From Candidatus Tenderia sp. (GTDB taxonomy: Bacteria; Pseudomonadota; Gammaproteobacteria; Tenderiales; Tenderiaceae), in contig JANOSY010000056.1 in the NCBI GenBank assembly GCA_031416075.1, forward strand, positions 9,872 to 73,871: a stretch of DNA of 64,000 nucleotides, in the 5' to 3' direction. Position 1 is the first letter of the stretch, and each line of letters begins with the position of its first letter. A model generated the notes under the pieces. It did not search any database. It was not told the origin of the DNA and saw nothing but the letters and a program-made list of their open reading frames with translations. Positions 21,605-31,181 of the stretch are shown here, piece by piece. Made by a program: the position numbers and the translations under genes.

Positions 21605-22873
21605 TTATTTTTTGTGGCGGGTGATGGCCCAAGTGCCATCGCCATCCGGTGCGGCAGAGTGCTGAATGTTAACAAAGAGTGTGTGTGGATCCTTACCGAA
21701 GTAGATACCGGTCCCTTCAGCCTCAGGATCGCTCAGGGAGCCAAACAGCCAGGTATGGTCTGCCGCACCATCTCCATTTTTATCCATACCTGCAACCCAT
21801 ATGTCAGAGGGGACATTGTCCTCAATGATCATCAGCTTGCCATCAGGCGTTACTGCCAGATTGTCAGGGTTGTCAAAACCAGTCTGGAAGTTGGCATCGC
21901 CAGGTTTACCGATCTCAATCGGAACATTGATACCAGGTTTGATGAAGTTGCTGACCATCATGGAAGAGAGGTCGATAGCCAATACACGGCCGTCATAACT
22001 CTCCTTGTCTGCCAGGAAGTCGCCCTCGGTAATGGCGGCATAAAGGGTATTGCCGATGATCTGTAGATCTTCCGGACGATTATAGCTGGCACCACCGGCC
22101 GTAGTGCCCGCCTGGCGTGCGGTGTAAGGGTCGATTGGTCCGACCCACTCACCCAAACCAGTACCATCGCTATTGCCAGTTACCTTTAGCACATAGAGCT
22201 TGCCGGAGCTGAGATCGCCGTAGCTGTTGGCTACAAACTTGTAGATGCCGCCGCCATACCCTTCCTTCTGGCCACGGAACTCATCGACGACATAGACCGC
22301 GCCATCGCTGCCGATTTGAATCCCCTCATGAGCCAGCAGGCCCACGGCGGGACGTTCAGAGACGGTGCCGTACATTGGGTTTTGCTCGTCCAGCGTGATC
22401 TCGAAGAGGCGGCCATTGGTGGTCTCTTCCGCGAACAGCACGGTGCCCCATGGGGTCCAGACGATGCCGTCGAGGGCGGTCCAGGTGGCGTTCTGCGCCA
22501 GCACGCGGGCCGCGCCGGTCTTCAGGTCGACCACGGAGACGGCGCCACCTTCAGGCACACCACGCACCTCGTGGGTGCGGTAGAGATAACGGCCAGCATG
22601 TTTGCCGGTTTCGTTGACGGTGTTCATGTCGTGCCAGTCATCACGGCCATTGTCATAGATGTTGAGGTTGGTCTCATTGGAGACGACGCTCTGGGTGAAG
22701 CCTTCAGGTAACTTCCATGGTGAAGCTGGATTCCAGGCCGCAGCGCTGGCCGAAGCGTCGATGGGCTTGAAGCCGAACGGGCCGGTCTGGCTGCCCTTGT
22801 CGGCATGGGCGGAGGATACGGACAGGCAGAGGACAACGGCGCTGGTGACAGTGCTGAGTTTGAAACGGTTCAT
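21605..22873 (-). CDS. Secreted PhoX-like (DUF839) alkaline phosphatase / beta-propeller
   Basis: TPWGTVLFAEE, AHEG, YNRPED, DNPDNL, IIED, AEGTG and FVNIQH. It has a signal peptide and an upstream Pho-box-like repeat. Confidence 0.82.
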   Translation of the reverse strand: MNRFKLSTVTSAVVLCLSVSSAHADKGSQTGPFGFKPIDASASAAAWNPASPWKLPEGFTQSVVSNETNLNIYDNGRDDWHDMNTVNETGKHAGRYLYRTHEVRGVPEGGAVSVVDLKTGAARVLAQNATWTALDGIVWTPWGTVLFAEETTNGRLFEITLDEQNPMYGTVSERPAVGLLAHEGIQIGSDGAVYVVDEFRGQKEGYGGGIYKFVANSYGDLSSGKLYVLKVTGNSDGTGLGEWVGPIDPYTARQAGTTAGGASYNRPEDLQIIGNTLYAAITEGDFLADKESYDGRVLAIDLSSMMVSNFIKPGINVPIEIGKPGDANFQTGFDNPDNLAVTPDGKLMIIEDNVPSDIWVAGMDKNGDGAADHTWLFGSLSDPEAEGTGIYFGKDPHTLFVNIQHSAAPDGDGTWAITRHKK

Positions 22874-22936
22874 GTTCGAGTCTCCCGAAGGTTAAAGGTT
22901 CGAGCGCTGAGTATTGGCCGGTAATGTTAACCGGTA

Positions 22937-22976
22937 GTGAAAGAGCGGTGAAGATTTTGTGACAAAGGCGCGACGG
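22937..22976 (-). promoter_or_regulatory. Pho-box-like array (four heptamers, 11-bp period)
   Basis: Minus strand reads CCGTCGC-gcct-TTGTCAC-aaaa-TCTTCAC-cgct-CTTTCAC, then TAACAT. The PhoB consensus is CTGTCAT-N4. Confidence 0.65.
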
Positions 22977-23063
22977 AACCGATGGCTGTTTTCACGGTCC
23001 TTTTGTGCACGCCGCTTTGTTAGAATGGCGACAACAATATTAACCAGCAGACAGGAAAAAACC

Positions 23064-24038
23064 ATGGAACTCTCCACCACGCAACAGGCAGTGCAGACGC
23101 TTAAGCAGCAGATATCGCAACAGATCATCGGTCAAGAGGTGCTGGTAGAGCGGCTGCTGATTGCACTGCTCGCCAATGGTCATCTGTTGGTAGAAGGGGC
23201 GCCGGGGCTGGCCAAGACCCGCGCCATCAAGGCGTTGAGTATGGCGATTGAGGCGGATTTTCATCGTGTCCAGTTCACGCCTGACCTGCTGCCCGCCGAC
23301 CTCACCGGCACCGACATCTTCCGGCCCCAGGACGGCTCGTTCCAGTTTCAGCGTGGCCCGCTGTTTCATAACCTGGTGCTGGCCGATGAGATCAACCGCG
23401 CCCCGGCCAAGGTACAGTCGGCGCTGCTGGAGGCGATGGCCGAACGTCAGATCACCGTTGGTGCTACCACCTACAGACTGCCCGAGCTGTTTCTGGTGAT
23501 GGCGACCCAGAATCCTATTGAACAGGAGGGCACCTACCCACTGCCCGAGGCTCAGCTCGATCGCTTTCTGCTGCACGTCAACATCACCTACCCCTCGGCA
23601 GAGTCAGAGCGCGAGATTCTGCAACTGACCCGGCGTGAAGCCGCATCCTCCCCCCCTAAAGCGGAGCCAGTACCGCGCCTGACACAGCAGACGCTGTTGC
23701 AGGCGCGTGATGAAGTGCTGCAACTCTACATGGGCGATAACCTGGAGCGTTATTTGATTGAGATCATCCTCGCCACCCGCAACCCCGCCCCCTACGGAGC
23801 GGAGCTGGTGGGCTGGGTACAGTGGGGGGGCAGTCCACGGGCCACCATCGCCCTGGACCGCTGCGCCCGGGCACATGCATGGCTGGCCGGGCGCGATTAC
23901 GTGAGCCCCGAGGATATCCAGACCATGGCCTACGATGTACTGCGTCACCGGGTATTGTTAAGCTACGAGGCCGAGGCCGAAGGGATCACCCCAGACCGCT
24001 TTATTGAAACATTGCTAAACCGGGTGGCGGTGCCGTAG
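23064..24038 (+). CDS. moxR: MoxR-family AAA+ ATPase
   Basis: GAPGLAKT, QFTPDLLPAD, LADEINRA and ATQNPIEQEGTYPLPEAQLDRF. An extended -10 (TGtTAGAAT) lies at 23018-23026. Confidence 0.95.
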   Translation: MELSTTQQAVQTLKQQISQQIIGQEVLVERLLIALLANGHLLVEGAPGLAKTRAIKALSMAIEADFHRVQFTPDLLPADLTGTDIFRPQDGSFQFQRGPLFHNLVLADEINRAPAKVQSALLEAMAERQITVGATTYRLPELFLVMATQNPIEQEGTYPLPEAQLDRFLLHVNITYPSAESEREILQLTRREAASSPPKAEPVPRLTQQTLLQARDEVLQLYMGDNLERYLIEIILATRNPAPYGAELVGWVQWGGSPRATIALDRCARAHAWLAGRDYVSPEDIQTMAYDVLRHRVLLSYEAEAEGITPDRFIETLLNRVAVP

Positions 24039-24127
24039 AGTCGCCGCTGCAGGGCATATATATAGAATAGAGAGCCGGTGGACCGGCCCAAATATAAAAA
24101 ATAGATACAAAAATGCCAAAGGGGCAG

Positions 24128-24794
24128 ATGATGAACAACCCGCCAAAGGCTTATGTTGCCAGCATAGGCATGGTCACACCGTTGGGGTTTAACAGCGCCA
24201 TGACTGCCGCCATACAGGCCGGGCAGAGTGGCTATGCCGCGTCTGACTATTACAACTATGTCGGAGCGGCGCTCACCCTCAGCCTGATCCCCAATGGATT
24301 TTTTGATGCACAAGAGTGCGAGATCGACACAGGTGATTACTACAGCGCCCAATATGAGCGCACCATTAAACAGGCTGTTTTTTGCCCTGCAAGCGCTGTC
24401 CAAATCCCACCCCCTAAAAGAGCCAGTGCCCCTGATACTCGCACTGGCAGAGCCACAGAACGATGTCCGCCACATCGATCCCCTGCTGTTGATACACAAC
24501 CTGCTCAGTCAGCCCAACCTGCCGACTGCCCGCGACAAGGTACGCCGCACCTACACCAGCAGGGCGGGTGGCATAGAGGGGCTCGATCTGGCGTTGTGCT
24601 ATCTGCACGATGGCGGAGAAGATTACGTGTTGGTGGTGGGCAGCGACAGCCATCTGGGGGGCGCGGTTGAGCGACCTGGACAGACAGGGGCGGCTGCTGG
24701 CACCGGGGACGGCTTTGCCCCCGGCGAAGGGGCGGCCTTTTTACTGCTCACCCGCCACCCGGAGCAGGCGCTCTGCCGTGATGGCCAGTATTAA
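24128..24794 (+). pseudogene. Frameshifted, truncated beta-ketoacyl-synthase/thiolase-like gene (PRK06147-like, T6SS-accessory type)
   Basis: Segments IGMVTPLGFNSAMTAA, PLILALAEP, RAGGIEGL, VLVVGSDS, RLSDLDRQGRLL and DGFAPGEGAAFLLL are spread over three reading frames. Confidence 0.7.
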
Positions 24795-24890
24795 TAGGGT
24801 TGATTTGTTATAGGGTGGACTGGCGCTGTCTTTTGTGCCGCCCACATAACGGTTCTGTTTTGATGTGTATTGGTAAGAGAAAACTGTTTC

Positions 24891-25865
24891 ATGATGTGGT
24901 TGTTTGGTAAAAAACAGAAAACAGAGTCTGCTGTCGTGCCGCTGGAGCGGGATGTGGTGTCGGTGAGCGCCCCGTCGCTGATTGCGCTACGCCATGGCGC
25001 GGCGTCGTTAACGTTAAAACCGACCCGTATTCGTGCCCAGCAGAGTGGTGGTTATCTGTCACCCTTTAAGGGGCGGGGCATGGAGTTTGAGGAGTCGCGC
25101 CCTTATACCCCCGGTGATGATGTGCGTAGCCTGGATTGGCGGGTGATGGCACGTAGCGGCAAGCCCCATACCAAGGTGTTTCGTGATGAGCGTGAGCGGA
25201 TGGTACTGCTGTGGGTGGATCTGCGTCGACCGATGTTTTTTGCCACACAGGGGGCATATAAGTCGGTACGGGCGGCACACGCGGCGGCGCTGTTGGGGTG
25301 GAGTGCGATTCAGCATGGCGACCGTATCGGTGCGCTGATTTTTTCTGAAGATGAACATCTGGAGTTGCGCCCTAAACGGGGTAAACAGGCGTTGTTACAG
25401 CTTTTTAAACGGATGGCGGATGCCCGTGTCTGGCATGTTGATCTGTCGCTGCCATTCCCACCGCCACCGGTGACTGCGTTGCAGCAGTCGCTGTTGCGGC
25501 TCAGGCGTGTGGCGCAGCCCGGCAGCCTAGTCTTTCTGTTGAGTGATTTTGGTGACATGGATGAGCAGGCTCGTGCACATCTTACCCAGCTGTCACGCCA
25601 TTGTGATCTGGTGCTGGTATCGGTTTACGATCCACTGGAGGCGGAGTTGCCACCACCGGGGCGCTATCGTGTCAGTGATGGTGAGCGGGTGGTGACGGTT
25701 GATACGACGTTTGACGCGGTATGCCAGGAGTATCGCCAGCGTTATCAGCGGCGACAGGCGGAGCTGCAGCAGTTTTGCCGTCGTCACGGTATCTATCTTT
25801 TGCCAATGAGTACGGCGGAGGATCCATTAACGGTGTTGCAGCGTGGGCTGGGGGGGCGACTATGA
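24891..25865 (+). CDS. DUF58-domain protein
   Basis: GRGMEFEESRPYTPGDDVRSLDWRVMAR, LLSDF and VYDPLE. Typical MoxR partner. Confidence 0.93.
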   Translation: MMWLFGKKQKTESAVVPLERDVVSVSAPSLIALRHGAASLTLKPTRIRAQQSGGYLSPFKGRGMEFEESRPYTPGDDVRSLDWRVMARSGKPHTKVFRDERERMVLLWVDLRRPMFFATQGAYKSVRAAHAAALLGWSAIQHGDRIGALIFSEDEHLELRPKRGKQALLQLFKRMADARVWHVDLSLPFPPPPVTALQQSLLRLRRVAQPGSLVFLLSDFGDMDEQARAHLTQLSRHCDLVLVSVYDPLEAELPPPGRYRVSDGERVVTVDTTFDAVCQEYRQRYQRRQAELQQFCRRHGIYLLPMSTAEDPLTVLQRGLGGRL

Positions 25866-26314
25866 ACCCGGATCTGAGTCAGCTGCATGATATTCATCTG
25901 CCGACATCGGTCTCCTGGTGGCCGTTGGCACCAGGGTGGTGGTTGTTACTGGCGCTGCTGTTGGTTGTGCTGCTGTTGGGTTTTGGGTTCTACCGTCGTT
26001 ATCAGCGGCAGCGCTGGCGGCGTGAGGCGCTGATGCTGTTACGGCAGCTTCAGCAGCAGTCGCTGACACCAAAGATGTTGGTGGTTGAGTACTCCCAGTT
26101 GCTGCGGCGGGTGGCGATCAGCCGTTTTCCGCGTACCGAGGTGGCGGCCCTGACCGGTGAGCAGTGGCTTGTTTTTCTGGATCAGCAGATGAAGGTGCCA
26201 GGGTTCCAGCAGCAGGGGCGTATGTTGATCACCGCCCCTTACAGCGCCACGGTGGAGGGTGATCTGGAAGAACTCAGTGTGCTGTGTGAACGCTGGATTG
26301 TGGGGGTGGCGTGA
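25862..26314 (+). CDS. DUF4381-family membrane protein
   Basis: LHDIHLPTSVSWWPLAPGWW and LTGEQWLVFLD. An ATGA overlap with DUF58 supports the 25862 start. Confidence 0.88.
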   Translation: MNPDLSQLHDIHLPTSVSWWPLAPGWWLLLALLLVVLLLGFGFYRRYQRQRWRREALMLLRQLQQQSLTPKMLVVEYSQLLRRVAISRFPRTEVAALTGEQWLVFLDQQMKVPGFQQQGRMLITAPYSATVEGDLEELSVLCERWIVGVA

Positions 26315-27300
26315 TGGTGGAATTTGTCTGGCCATGGCTGTTTGTGACCTTGCCGCTGCCCTGGTTGGTTCGCTGGTTTTTGCCCGCCGCTGCCACGGCA
26401 GAAGAGGCGGCGTTGCGTGTGCCACAACTGAATACGTTCACCTTGCCACAGCAGCAGACACTGCGCGGTGTGAGGAGGGGGCGTTGGCTGTTGTGGCTGG
26501 CGGCACTGGCCTGGCTGTTGCTGGTAGCGGCGGCGGCGCGTCCCGTCTGGTACGGTGCCCCCATGGAGTTGCCGGTGAGCGGGCGTGACCTGATGCTGGC
26601 GGTGGATCTTTCTGAAAGTATGCAGACGGAAGATTTTACTATTAATGGTAAACAGGTGAACCGTCTGATTGCCACTCAGGTGGTGGCCAGTGATTTTATT
26701 GAACGCAGGATCGGTGACCGTATTGGTCTGATCCTGTTTGGTACGCAACCCTATGTGCAGGTACCGCTGACCTTTGACCGGACCACCGTGCGTACGCTGC
26801 TGCGTGAGGGGGCCATTGGTCTGGCAGGACCGGCAACTGCTATTGGTGATGCGATTGGTCTGGCGGTTAAACGGCTGCGGGATAATCCCCAAGGGGGACG
26901 TGTATTAATCCTGCTGACGGATGGTGCCAATACGGCGGGGGAGATAGAGCCGATCCAGGCTGCACAGATGGCGGCTGAGCAGGGATTGAAGATCTATACC
27001 ATTGGTATTGGTGCGGATGAGTTGGTGGTGCGTTCACTGTTTGGAACGCAACGGATCAATCCTTCCAGTGATCTGGATGAGAAGACATTGACGGCGATTG
27101 CCGATGCCACTGGCGGGCGTTATTTCCGCGCCCGTGACAGTGCGGAGCTGGAGCAGATCTACCAGATACTGGATGAGCTGGAGTCGGTGCAACAGGAGGC
27201 GCAGACCTTCAGGCCACAACAGGTGCTGTTTTACTGGCCATTGTCAGTGGCGCTGTTGTTGGCAGGGCTGGTGGCGCTGATAAAAGGGGTGCGGCGATGA
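26314..27300 (+). CDS. batA: BatA-like VWA-domain membrane protein
   Basis: MIDAS motif DLSESM, TAIGDAIG, LLTDGANT and TGGRYFRA. Confidence 0.9.
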   Translation: MVEFVWPWLFVTLPLPWLVRWFLPAAATAEEAALRVPQLNTFTLPQQQTLRGVRRGRWLLWLAALAWLLLVAAAARPVWYGAPMELPVSGRDLMLAVDLSESMQTEDFTINGKQVNRLIATQVVASDFIERRIGDRIGLILFGTQPYVQVPLTFDRTTVRTLLREGAIGLAGPATAIGDAIGLAVKRLRDNPQGGRVLILLTDGANTAGEIEPIQAAQMAAEQGLKIYTIGIGADELVVRSLFGTQRINPSSDLDEKTLTAIADATGGRYFRARDSAELEQIYQILDELESVQQEAQTFRPQQVLFYWPLSVALLLAGLVALIKGVRR

Positions 27301-29162
27301 GCTTTTTGGGTGGCCTCCATTTCATCCGTCCCCTCTGGTTCTGGGCGCTGTTACCCCTCTGTCTATTGATGGTTTTACTCTGGCGTCAGCGCTTGGTGAG
27401 TCGTAGCTGGCGTGCGGTGGTTGATGCACAGCTCCTACCCCATCTGCTGATGGGCAGTGGCAAGGTGCAGCGTCGCACATGGCCGTTGGTGTGGGTGATG
27501 TTTGCTGGTGTGCTGGCGATTGTGGCGCTGGCCGGACCGACGTGGCAGACGCTGGAACAGCCGGTATTTCGCCAGCAGTCAGGTTTGGTGGTATTGCTTG
27601 ATCTGTCTCGCTCGATGGATGCGGCGGATGTACGCCCGAGCCGTCTGGAGCGTGTGCGCCTGAAGCTGATTGATATTTTGAATCAGCGTAAAGAGGGGCA
27701 GACCGCACTGGTGGCCTATGCCGCCACCCCTTTTGTGGTGACACCGCTGACCAGTGATAATAAAACCATCATCAGTCAGCTGCCCAGTATGACCACCGAT
27801 TTGATGCCCGCCCAGGGGTCGCGGCCTGACCGCGCCATTGCTATTGCCTTGCAGTTACTGCAACAGGCAGGCATTGTCCGTGGCAGTGTGCTGCTGGTGA
27901 CCGATGGTGTGGAGGGTGTTGCACCGCAACAGTTAAATGATGCAACGGCGGCGCTGCGGGCGGCTGGCCATCGTCTGTTGGTATTGGGTGTGGGCACAGC
28001 GACAGGCGCACCAATACCGATGTTAAGTGTGGGTGGTTTTCTGACGGATGCCAGTGGTGCCATTGTTATCCCCAAACTGGGTGAGGCGAGTTTGAGTGCA
28101 ACGGCCAGTGCAGGGGGTGGACTTTATCGTCAGCTGAGTGGTGATGATAGTGATATTAATGCCCTGTTGGCGCAGGTGGAGAGTGATACCAATCGTGAGC
28201 TGACAACACGGGTCTCAGAGATGATGAGTGATCAGTGGCAAGAGTCCGGTGTCTGGCTGCTGCTACCACTGCTGCTGTTAGTGCCGTTTGCATTCAGGCG
28301 TGGTTATCTGGCAGCGGTGGTCTTGGCGCTGGTGATTCTGCCGCAACCACAAACGGCCCATGCGTTTGAATGGAATAGCCTCTGGGCTAACAGTGACCAG
28401 CAGGGGGAGCGGGCGCTGAAAGCGGGTGATGCAGCAAAAGCGGCGCAACTGTTTAAAAAGCCCGAGTGGCGTGGCGCCGCTGAGTATCGCGCCGGTGAGT
28501 ATGAAAAGTCACTGCAGTCGTTGCAACAGGTGGAGAGTGCGGATGGTTATTACAACCGTGGCAACGCCCTGGCCAAGCTTGGCCGTCTACCCGAGGCCAT
28601 CAATGCCTATGATGAGGCGCTTAAACGTAACCCCAGTATGCAGGATGCAAAAGAGAATCGAGAGTTGGTCAAAAAACTGATGCAGCAGCAACAGCAGCAG
28701 GATAAAAAAAACGATCAGGGCAAGGATGACCAATCACAGCAGCAGCCAGATAAACAGGATCGTGCCAACGAGGGGGACGATTCAAAACAGCCCTCTGAGG
28801 AGGGTGGCAAAAAGAGTGAACAGCCGGGCGAGGGGAAAGAGTCACCGCCGCAATCGGGAAAAGAGGGTGACGATAATAGCGAGTCACCACAGCGCAGTGA
28901 TGCCAATCATTCCAAGTCTGATCAGCAGCCATCGGCGCCACAGCAGCAGGCAGAACAGGCGGGAGAGAGAGCTGATAAAAAACCGGAGCAGTCTGCGGCA
29001 AAACAGTCTCCACAACCGCAGCCGCAACTGAGCGAAGAGCAGCGTGCTAACGAGCAGTGGTTGCAGCGTATCCCCGATGATCCGGGTGGTTTGTGGCGGC
29101 GTAAATTTCTTTACCAGTATCAGCGGCAACAGCAGCAGGGCAAGGAAGAGATAACATGGTGA
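27297..29162 (+). CDS. BatB/BatC-like VWA + TPR protein with Gln-rich linker
   Basis: DLSRSM, LVTDG, TPR YNRGNALAKLG, Q/D/E low-complexity tract and WLQRIPDDPGGL. Confidence 0.9.
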   Translation: MSFLGGLHFIRPLWFWALLPLCLLMVLLWRQRLVSRSWRAVVDAQLLPHLLMGSGKVQRRTWPLVWVMFAGVLAIVALAGPTWQTLEQPVFRQQSGLVVLLDLSRSMDAADVRPSRLERVRLKLIDILNQRKEGQTALVAYAATPFVVTPLTSDNKTIISQLPSMTTDLMPAQGSRPDRAIAIALQLLQQAGIVRGSVLLVTDGVEGVAPQQLNDATAALRAAGHRLLVLGVGTATGAPIPMLSVGGFLTDASGAIVIPKLGEASLSATASAGGGLYRQLSGDDSDINALLAQVESDTNRELTTRVSEMMSDQWQESGVWLLLPLLLLVPFAFRRGYLAAVVLALVILPQPQTAHAFEWNSLWANSDQQGERALKAGDAAKAAQLFKKPEWRGAAEYRAGEYEKSLQSLQQVESADGYYNRGNALAKLGRLPEAINAYDEALKRNPSMQDAKENRELVKKLMQQQQQQDKKNDQGKDDQSQQQPDKQDRANEGDDSKQPSEEGGKKSEQPGEGKESPPQSGKEGDDNSESPQRSDANHSKSDQQPSAPQQQAEQAGERADKKPEQSAAKQSPQPQPQLSEEQRANEQWLQRIPDDPGGLWRRKFLYQYQRQQQQGKEEITW

Positions 29163-30898
29163 CGATAAAACAGATGCGTTACATGATTGTGGTATTGGTG
29201 CTGTTTACTGGTCAGAGCTGGGCTGCGGTGAGCGCCTTTGTTGACCGTAATCCAATAAGCATTAATGAGTCGCTGACGCTCACGATTGAGAGTGATAACG
29301 GTGGTGATAAACCCGATTTTTCAGTCCTGCAAAACGAATTTGAATTGATGGGGCAGAGCAGCAGTACCAGCTTGCAGATTATCAATGGTGCAGTCAGCCG
29401 TAAGCAGCAGTGGCAGATAAGATTGATGGCAAAACATGCCGGTGAAATTCAGATCCCGGCCTTTACTGTTGGCACAGAGCAGAGCCAGCCACTGTTATTA
29501 AATGTTGAGACAGCGGATGTGCAAAAAGTAGAGCAGAGCAGCGATCTTTTTATAGAGGTGAGTGCCACACCAAAAAAATCCTATGTACAAGAGCAGCTGA
29601 TATATACAGTAAAACTCTATTTTGGTGTCAGCATGGCTGAAGGCAATACCCTCACAGAGCCAAAAGTGGCAGGTGGGGATGCCATTGTTGTTAAGCTTGG
29701 TGATAATCGTCAATACCAGACCACCATCAACGGTCGGCGTTATGGTGTGATGGAGCAGCAGTACGCGCTCTATCCACAAAAAAGTGGCAGGCTCACCATT
29801 AAACCGCCGGTTTTTGATGGCAACGTGGTGGAGCAGGGGCGCAGTGGCGGCATTTTTTTTGATCCGTTTAATCAGACAACACGTCATGTACGTGTTAGTG
29901 CAAAAGAGATGAAGATCGATGTGCAACCGATGCCCGCCGGAATCACTTCCCACTGGTTGCCAGCGCGTAGCGTGCAGCTGCTCGAGCAGTGGTCTGAAGA
30001 TCCGCCCAACTTTATAGTGGGTGAGCCGATCACCCGTACGCTGGCACTTATGGTTGATGGGCTGACCGCAGCGCAACTGCCTGATGTAGGTGGTAATCTG
30101 CCTGCGGGGCTGAAAAGTTATCCAGATCAACCGCAGTTGACAGATACCACCGATGCAAAAGGTGTTACGGGTATGCGGCAACAAAAAATTGCCTTGATTC
30201 CAACGCAGCCGGGAACACTAACCCTGCCTGCCATTGAGCTGGCCTGGTGGAATGTTGAAAAGCAGCAGTTGGAGATTGCACGGCTGCCTGAACGTACTGT
30301 CACCGTGGCAGCAGGCAGTGGTACGGCTACGCCAGTGCCAGAAAAGACAATCCCCCAGGCACAGGTAGTGGAGCATGAGGAAAAGAGTAGTACAAATCGA
30401 TTAATGGATCTTGTTAGTACCACTCAGGGGGCAATGAACCCGCTTGGGTGGTGGCCGTGGTTATCGCTTGTTTTGGGACTTGCCTGGCTGATTACGTTGA
30501 TAGCGTGGTGGCGACGGCGCACAGTGCCCCGGCAAGTGACAGCGGTTGCAGCAGCAGAGCAGCAGCAGTTACGCCCCCTTGAATTACAGTTAAAGCAGGC
30601 CTGCCAGAAAAACAGTGCAGTGCAAAGCAAAGCCGCATTGCTTGCATGGGCGAAGGTATATTGGCCACAGCAGTCAGTGGTGAGTCTGCCTGCTATTGCA
30701 AAGTTGAGTTCAACATCCCTGGCCGATGAGATTCTTTCCCTCGATCGGGCGCTCTACGCTGAAAGTGATGCGGAGTGGAAGGGAAATGTATTGTTGCAGG
30801 CGTTTGAGAAAAGCAGGGAGAAAAAATCTCGTCCAGCGAATAAACACAATGAGTCGCTGTTAAAACCACTTTATCCTGGAGAGAACTCAGCGGGTTAA
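29156..30898 (+). CDS. batD: BatD-family protein
   Basis: Signal peptide, VDRNPI, SLQIING, YVQEQLIY, GEPITRT, YPDQP and WWN. Confidence 0.88.
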   Translation: MVTIKQMRYMIVVLVLFTGQSWAAVSAFVDRNPISINESLTLTIESDNGGDKPDFSVLQNEFELMGQSSSTSLQIINGAVSRKQQWQIRLMAKHAGEIQIPAFTVGTEQSQPLLLNVETADVQKVEQSSDLFIEVSATPKKSYVQEQLIYTVKLYFGVSMAEGNTLTEPKVAGGDAIVVKLGDNRQYQTTINGRRYGVMEQQYALYPQKSGRLTIKPPVFDGNVVEQGRSGGIFFDPFNQTTRHVRVSAKEMKIDVQPMPAGITSHWLPARSVQLLEQWSEDPPNFIVGEPITRTLALMVDGLTAAQLPDVGGNLPAGLKSYPDQPQLTDTTDAKGVTGMRQQKIALIPTQPGTLTLPAIELAWWNVEKQQLEIARLPERTVTVAAGSGTATPVPEKTIPQAQVVEHEEKSSTNRLMDLVSTTQGAMNPLGWWPWLSLVLGLAWLITLIAWWRRRTVPRQVTAVAAAEQQQLRPLELQLKQACQKNSAVQSKAALLAWAKVYWPQQSVVSLPAIAKLSSTSLADEILSLDRALYAESDAEWKGNVLLQAFEKSREKKSRPANKHNESLLKPLYPGENSAG

Positions 30899-30923
30899 GG
30901 TTCGGGCAGAGTCCGGTTTTATA

Positions 30924-31181
30924 TTATTGGTCGGAACTGCCTGCCTGCTCAGGCAGAACAGGGTCGAACAGATCGCCAAATAGGCTATGCAGTACCAGTT
31001 TATGCTCCTCTCTTTTGGTGCTGCCCTTTGTCTCCTCCCACGGGACCATGTACAAAATTTGTGGTGCCTCTTTGTTGTCTTTGATGATGGTGGTATCAAG
31101 CTCCAGCGTATCGTCAGCATGAGTAAGCGAAGAGAATAAAAGGAACATTAATACAACAAGCGTATTGTTTAGTCTGTTCAT
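30924..31181 (-). CDS. Small secreted protein (GltF-like by size and position)
   Basis: 85 aa with a signal peptide ending THA and the segment IKDNKEAPQILYMVPWE. ATGA overlap with the upstream gene. Confidence 0.7.
   Translation of the reverse strand: MNRLNNTLVVLMFLLFSSLTHADDTLELDTTIIKDNKEAPQILYMVPWEETKGSTKREEHKLVLHSLFGDLFDPVLPEQAGSSDQ

Noticed and set aside
28680-29150. CAG-rich low-complexity tract as a repeat array or CRISPR
   Set aside because: It is the usual Gln-rich linker of BatB/C proteins. No repeat-spacer structure was seen anywhere in the window.
23064-30898. moxR-Bat operon as part of the T6SS system
   Set aside because: It is a widespread operon on the opposite strand with different base composition. 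Adjacency alone is insufficient.
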